NCBI GenBank assembly: GCA_964342815.1
Contig: CAYFHS010000012.1
Coordinates: 42,421 to 106,420 of the forward strand
DNA: 64,000 nucleotides
Reading direction: 5' to 3'
Source: an uncultured archaeon
GTDB lineage: Archaea > Thermoplasmatota > Penumbrarchaeia > JASLWR01
The translations under genes and the position numbers were made by a program. This document shows, piece by piece, positions 59,857 through 64,000 of the stretch. How positions within the stretch are numbered: the stretch's first letter is position 1; each line of letters starts with the position of its first letter. The notes beneath the pieces were generated by a model. The model was not told where the DNA came from, did no database searches, and saw only the letters and a list, made by a program, of their open reading frames with translations.

Positions 59857-62800
59857 TTATTTTAGATTTCCTGATTCAGCGGAATCGGTCCCTTTTCTAA
59901 TGCTCTTCATATTGGTATACATCTCGAGATGGGCATTAATATCGTCAATAGGTACTTCCTCAAAAGGGAGCGCCAAATCCTCCGGTAAATTATCACTTTT
60001 TTCTTTACGTCTTCTTCTGGATATAAAAAAAAACACCAGACTGCCAATAACAACAATGGCAACGAGACCGAGTAACAGGTAAATGAAAACTGAAGCGGAT
60101 GTTTCTTTATTGGTATCCACATCTTTATCACCATTGTCGATGGGTACCAAAGGCTCGCTAGATGTGATAATCACAGGAATGTTGATCGTTTCATACCCGC
60201 CGGGATAACTCAACTCGATGACCAATTCAAAATCCCCAGGATTGAGCGTGGATGTATCATTGATAGTTACGAGTACTTTTATAAGCTCTGAGACGGGAAT
60301 GCTAACATTTCTCGGTACGTCGATTACGCTTGACATATCCCCTGATGAAATCAGCTTGACCGTTGTGAGTACATTCCCGTTGTTTGTGAGAGTTATGTTG
60401 AATTCTGCTCCTTCGCCGTGTGCGATCTCAAGTCTCTCCACATCTACTAGCATGGTGATATTGTAAACCCGCTCAGGAGGAACATCTACGGTAAATTGCC
60501 ATACTCCCGTATAGCAGATGCCATTAACAAAGCCGTCATTGGGAATCACTGACCAGTAATATGTTTCATTCAACAAAAAAGTAGCATTATATATTGTAGA
60601 TTCTTGGGATTTTGATACCAGAGCAGATGGTTCCCTCCAGGCTACGGACGTGAACATCGTTCCCAAATAGACATCATAATGGATGGGAAAATCGCCATTG
60701 GCATCTCTCCCTTCCCATAAAAGGCTAACCGAGGATCTATTCACTAATTTGTGATTTGTTGGGGACAGTAATAACACCGTTGGCTGAACATTTATTGTAA
60801 CATTGAACGAGGCTACGTGAGAAACGGCTGTAGTAAATCCGTCAAAGGCTTCGACCCTCCAGTAATAGGTCCCGTTATCGCTAAGACCGGTCAAGATCGT
60901 TGAGCGGTCTTCGGAATAAGCTTCTATCAAGGTAGCGGGGTCCGGGTTGTTCAGCTCGCCATAAACTGTATAATATATCACGTCCCCGGCATCCGGATCA
61001 ACCGAAGATGACCAGTTAGCCGTGATCTCACTATTTTCAAAAAGGGTGATCATATCTAGCGATGGATTCAGCCCGGTAGGTTTTGTAGGAGCGGTGTTAT
61101 TGATCCGCACATGGGAAGATTCAATTTCCATGCCGAAACTTTCCCCATCGCTCGGCCTTAATGAAAACCACCACTCTTCCCCTTTGTAAGTAGCATTTGA
61201 CGGTATCACCGACCGATTATTGTGGCTCGATTGGAGCTCACCATCCCTATACCACCTGATCACGGAGCCATTCTCCGTATCATCATCCAGATCGGCAAAG
61301 GTGTAGACGACAGTCAGGTTATCTTCTGTTTTTGGTGTTGATGGTACAATGTATAAATTATCTATTGTTGGTATGGAATTCGTTATGAAAACCGAACGCG
61401 ACGTTTGGATTTTACCAAATTCGATCCCGTCTCTCGGTCTAACGGTGAAAAACCATTTTTCATGCTTTCTGGTGGAATTCCTTGGAATGACCAGTTCGTC
61501 GTTATATTCAGGTTGCTGTGTTTCATTCTTGTACCATCGTATCTCGGTGCCCGACTCCGTTTCAGAATCGGTATATGTATAATTTGCATGCAGGTCATCT
61601 ATGGTGATGGGATATGTGGGCGATAGTTTCAGGTTTTCAGCAAAGGGAACGTCATTAGCGTCGTAGGTGATGATGAGGGAATCCAGAACAGGAGTATAGT
61701 AAGTACTATTCTCCGTTTCAAGCAGAACGCGGTACTGAAACCAGCGCTGATTGTCATGCAGGGCAGGAATATCAGAAATGCTCGCAGTGTAGAAATCCGT
61801 CTCGGTCCCGGCGGGTCCCTTGAACGTCTCCGCTGAGAGTCCCGCCTCGGTAGTTGCAGTACGGAACTGGAATTTGACCGTGGTGTTCGTAACCATCTGT
61901 CGTGTGAACCTGAGCTGCCCGTATTCAACCTGTGAGGAAGGTATCTCGTAGGGTCGTGAGACCAGAGAGCCATTGGATTCATAGGTCGCGGCATATAAAC
62001 GGGCGGGGCTCGATCCGGCCCGGTCCCCCCCCGTACCTACGTAGAGCCTGCCTAACCAGCTGTAAACGCTCAACGCTTCGTCCTCGTCGAATGCGAAAAC
62101 CTCCTGCCAGTCGTTCCCATTCCTGGTAGACCAGAGCTTGGCGTTATTGATTCCATCGGTGTAGATAGGTGCGACTGGGAAAAGTTTGCGAAAGGCATTG
62201 TCGTCCCCGATGAGGTCGTCCCTATACACCTGGCCGGTCACAGCGAAAAATTCTCCATCCTGCTCTGCAAACTCGTAGGTGACATGGTCCATATGTTTGA
62301 CTTCTGTGACAGTATCGGTAACGTCGTTATAGCGGAATATGGACTCCATTGCGCCCAGATATAACTGGTCCTGATAGATACCGAAACCGGCAATGGCATC
62401 CCACTCCTGACGAGGGTTTCCTATGTTCTTCTCCTGCCAGGAGTTACCGTCGTACTTCACTATTTTGTTCTTATAGACCACGGCTGCGTCCGGATATCGA
62501 TAAAGGGAGTTTCCCAGATACAGGTTCCCGTTATATGCCTTTAATTTGTCGATACCCCATTGTGAATAGGAATATGATTGACTCCAGTTCTCGCCCCCGT
62601 CGTAGGATACCCACACTCCGGATTGAGAGTTGATCTGGCAATTTGAAATGTACAATCGATTTTGGTATTTCTCCATGTCCATATTGTGGTCAGCGCTGAA
62701 CTGGGTTACGTAATGCCAGTTCCAGGTTTTTGTCGTACCGTCGTAGATATGGACACGACCCCGCTTGTCTCCCAGTGCAGTGTCGTGGCCGGGTACGTAG

Positions 62801-63732
62801 AGTTTGTCGTCGAAGGTGCGGATCTTCCACATGCCGTCCTCGTTCAATTCCTTGACCATCACCGGGAGCCCGGTGCCGTTATAGGCGTAGACGTAACCCC
62901 TGTTACCGGATTCCATGGCGCTTTTGCAGACCGAGATGTATAGTTGATCCCGGTACTCCGTCATACCCCACAGTTGGTAGAACGGGCGGTGTGCCCCATC
63001 GGTGTCGAAATCGTAGAGCATGACCATCTTTGATGGGTCGGAGGCCAAGCGCAGTTCAGGTCCAAGGCTTTCCACAAGACCGGACTTTGATTCGTACCCT
63101 CCTTCAGACCAATGGGTCTGGACGAATGAGCCATGTGGAGAGTTTGTCCGCACCGTCCATGTGTCCGTGCTCACGTCACCATCCCCGTCCCCATCGCCTG
63201 AAATGCACGGAAGTGGGTCGGGATTGGCGGAATCATCGAGTGTCGAAGTGAAGTTCAGCCCCCAGTCCACGCCCTCCGGCGTATCGGCGGCAAAGCTCAC
63301 CTGGAGTACCGTGCCATTAGTTGTTATTTTTACGGCCAGAACCGCCTCTATCAAATTGCTTTCTGTGTTGTCGGTATAAGCCACCAACATATCATCAACC
63401 CTGATATTGCTAACGGTGACATTGGAATAGACACCCGGAATTTCTATTCGAACAGTATCGAAACCCGTGTCTCCCGGGTCAATGACCGGTCGTATAAAAT
63501 AGATAAAGGACATGTTCTTCATATTCGTCCCCACAATGGCAGGACTGATCTCCGCATAAGCGGTCAGTCCCACGCCTCTTCCCCCTCGGCCCACCACGTT
63601 ACCAACAGAGACGGCGAACTCAAGATCATTTTCCAAGGGGATGGATTCTTTCATTTCCATATTCAAGAATAATCCTGAAACGGAACTTAGCAGAAGAATG
63701 GAAATAACCGCGATGATCTTCTTTTTTATCAT
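59857..63732 (-). CDS. giant secreted BNR/Asp-box beta-propeller surface protein with tandem Ig/FN3-like domains, C-terminally TM-anchored
   Basis: 1291 aa with a GAGGTGA RBS. Signal MIKKKIIAVISILLLSSVSG. Asp-box SYDGGENW and the degenerate STRNGNDW. Two modules of about 85 aa (…IRWYKNETQ…KHEKWFFTVRPRDG…, …IRWYRDGEL…KGEEWWFSLRPSDG…). FN3-like modules with YYWRVEA and YYWSVIP, a CARDB-like FNITLTNNGNV, a TM and a basic tail. Confidence 0.85.
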   Translation of the reverse strand: MIKKKIIAVISILLLSSVSGLFLNMEMKESIPLENDLEFAVSVGNVVGRGGRGVGLTAYAEISPAIVGTNMKNMSFIYFIRPVIDPGDTGFDTVRIEIPGVYSNVTVSNIRVDDMLVAYTDNTESNLIEAVLAVKITTNGTVLQVSFAADTPEGVDWGLNFTSTLDDSANPDPLPCISGDGDGDGDVSTDTWTVRTNSPHGSFVQTHWSEGGYESKSGLVESLGPELRLASDPSKMVMLYDFDTDGAHRPFYQLWGMTEYRDQLYISVCKSAMESGNRGYVYAYNGTGLPVMVKELNEDGMWKIRTFDDKLYVPGHDTALGDKRGRVHIYDGTTKTWNWHYVTQFSADHNMDMEKYQNRLYISNCQINSQSGVWVSYDGGENWSQSYSYSQWGIDKLKAYNGNLYLGNSLYRYPDAAVVYKNKIVKYDGNSWQEKNIGNPRQEWDAIAGFGIYQDQLYLGAMESIFRYNDVTDTVTEVKHMDHVTYEFAEQDGEFFAVTGQVYRDDLIGDDNAFRKLFPVAPIYTDGINNAKLWSTRNGNDWQEVFAFDEDEALSVYSWLGRLYVGTGGDRAGSSPARLYAATYESNGSLVSRPYEIPSSQVEYGQLRFTRQMVTNTTVKFQFRTATTEAGLSAETFKGPAGTETDFYTASISDIPALHDNQRWFQYRVLLETENSTYYTPVLDSLIITYDANDVPFAENLKLSPTYPITIDDLHANYTYTDSETESGTEIRWYKNETQQPEYNDELVIPRNSTRKHEKWFFTVRPRDGIEFGKIQTSRSVFITNSIPTIDNLYIVPSTPKTEDNLTVVYTFADLDDDTENGSVIRWYRDGELQSSHNNRSVIPSNATYKGEEWWFSLRPSDGESFGMEIESSHVRINNTAPTKPTGLNPSLDMITLFENSEITANWSSSVDPDAGDVIYYTVYGELNNPDPATLIEAYSEDRSTILTGLSDNGTYYWRVEAFDGFTTAVSHVASFNVTINVQPTVLLLSPTNHKLVNRSSVSLLWEGRDANGDFPIHYDVYLGTMFTSVAWREPSALVSKSQESTIYNATFLLNETYYWSVIPNDGFVNGICYTGVWQFTVDVPPERVYNITMLVDVERLEIAHGEGAEFNITLTNNGNVLTTVKLISSGDMSSVIDVPRNVSIPVSELIKVLVTINDTSTLNPGDFELVIELSYPGGYETINIPVIITSSEPLVPIDNGDKDVDTNKETSASVFIYLLLGLVAIVVIGSLVFFFISRRRRKEKSDNLPEDLALPFEEVPIDDINAHLEMYTNMKSIRKGTDSAESGNLK

Positions 63733-63809
63733 ATAGAATCACCTCTTCAAGACCACAGATTACTCAATATTTTCACCCATTTCTACATTAACTCTATGTC
63801 CCTGACAAC

Positions 63810-64000
63810 TTAAGACCTCTTGTAGACATAATCTTGGCATGGGTCACACCAAAAACAATCGTATTCAGGATAATGCTGAGATAGCTGGCCACATTTCAGG
63901 CAGAGTGGAGAACTACTTTGAGCAGGGAGTAATGTTTCCGTATCCTGTTGGAAACTTTCATCCAATTTCGGCGGGTTTTTTTCGTGTACTGCTTTTCCTT
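63810..64000 (-). CDS. 3' end of a Cys-rich (zinc-finger-like) ORF truncated by the window edge
   Basis: The minus-strand frame reads ...SSSPLCLKCGQLSQHYPEYDCFWCDPCQDYVYKRS* with its stop at 63810-63812. Only 63 codons are visible, so coding status is uncertain. Confidence 0.25.
   Translation of the reverse strand, partial: GKAVHEKNPPKLDESFQQDTETLLPAQSSSPLCLKCGQLSQHYPEYDCFWCDPCQDYVYKRS

Noticed and set aside
1-64000. A search for tRNA, rRNA or other structured RNA genes in the intergenic regions (11816-12093, 39684-39940, 43609-43991, 57389-57588 and 63733-63809).
   Set aside because: I saw no cloverleaf-compatible acceptor/T-arm pairing or rRNA-like conserved blocks by eye. A tRNAscan or Infernal run is still advisable.

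Overview
This 64-kb window carries about 47 densely packed protein-coding genes. I recognised no rRNA, tRNA, CRISPR array, transposase or integrase. The gene content points to an anaerobic archaeon, perhaps Euryarchaeota- or Thermoplasmatota-like, but the taxon cannot be fixed from this window. The evidence is an archaeal-style HisRS (GTRDF N-terminus), an FTR-rubredoxin ferredoxin:disulfide reductase, a desulfoferrodoxin/rubrerythrin/ferritin set, DUF112- and DUF457-like membrane proteins, GGAGG/GGTG ribosome-binding spacers and AT-rich TATA-like intergenic boxes. Three themes stand out. (1) About 40% of the window encodes giant proteins. Five are membrane-anchored surface proteins of 1028-1921 aa: a PA14 adhesin, an LTD-PLD hydrolase, a purple-acid-phosphatase-like esterase, a BNR-propeller protein and a protein with a Q-rich cytoplasmic tail. 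The sixth is a 2448-aa cytoplasmic protein that is one uninterrupted array of about 37 copies of a strict 66-residue helical repeat. A 620-aa paralog of that repeat protein lies 14 nt downstream of the PA14 adhesin, and the adhesin's cytoplasmic tail ends in a half-copy of the repeat motif. I propose an undescribed cortical scaffold / surface-protein tethering system. (2) A tightly coupled five-gene operon (22132-29902) encodes two Zn-ribbon-TM-OB-fold ectodomain proteins, a polytopic DUF112/TctA-like membrane protein, a DUF457/YdjM-like membrane hydrolase and a secreted LTD-LTD-PLD-PLD enzyme. This is a candidate extracellular nucleic-acid capture, degradation and uptake module. (3) An 18-gene co-directional redox island (47486-57388) combines two disulfide-reductase systems, IscS/IscU, TusA/DsrE, rubrerythrin, ferritins, hemerythrin with a wHTH protein, desulfoferrodoxin and rubredoxins. 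It is read divergently from an HTH-PAS regulator across an intergenic region holding an 11-bp tandem repeat. All functional calls rest on motif recognition by eye. No database search was run.
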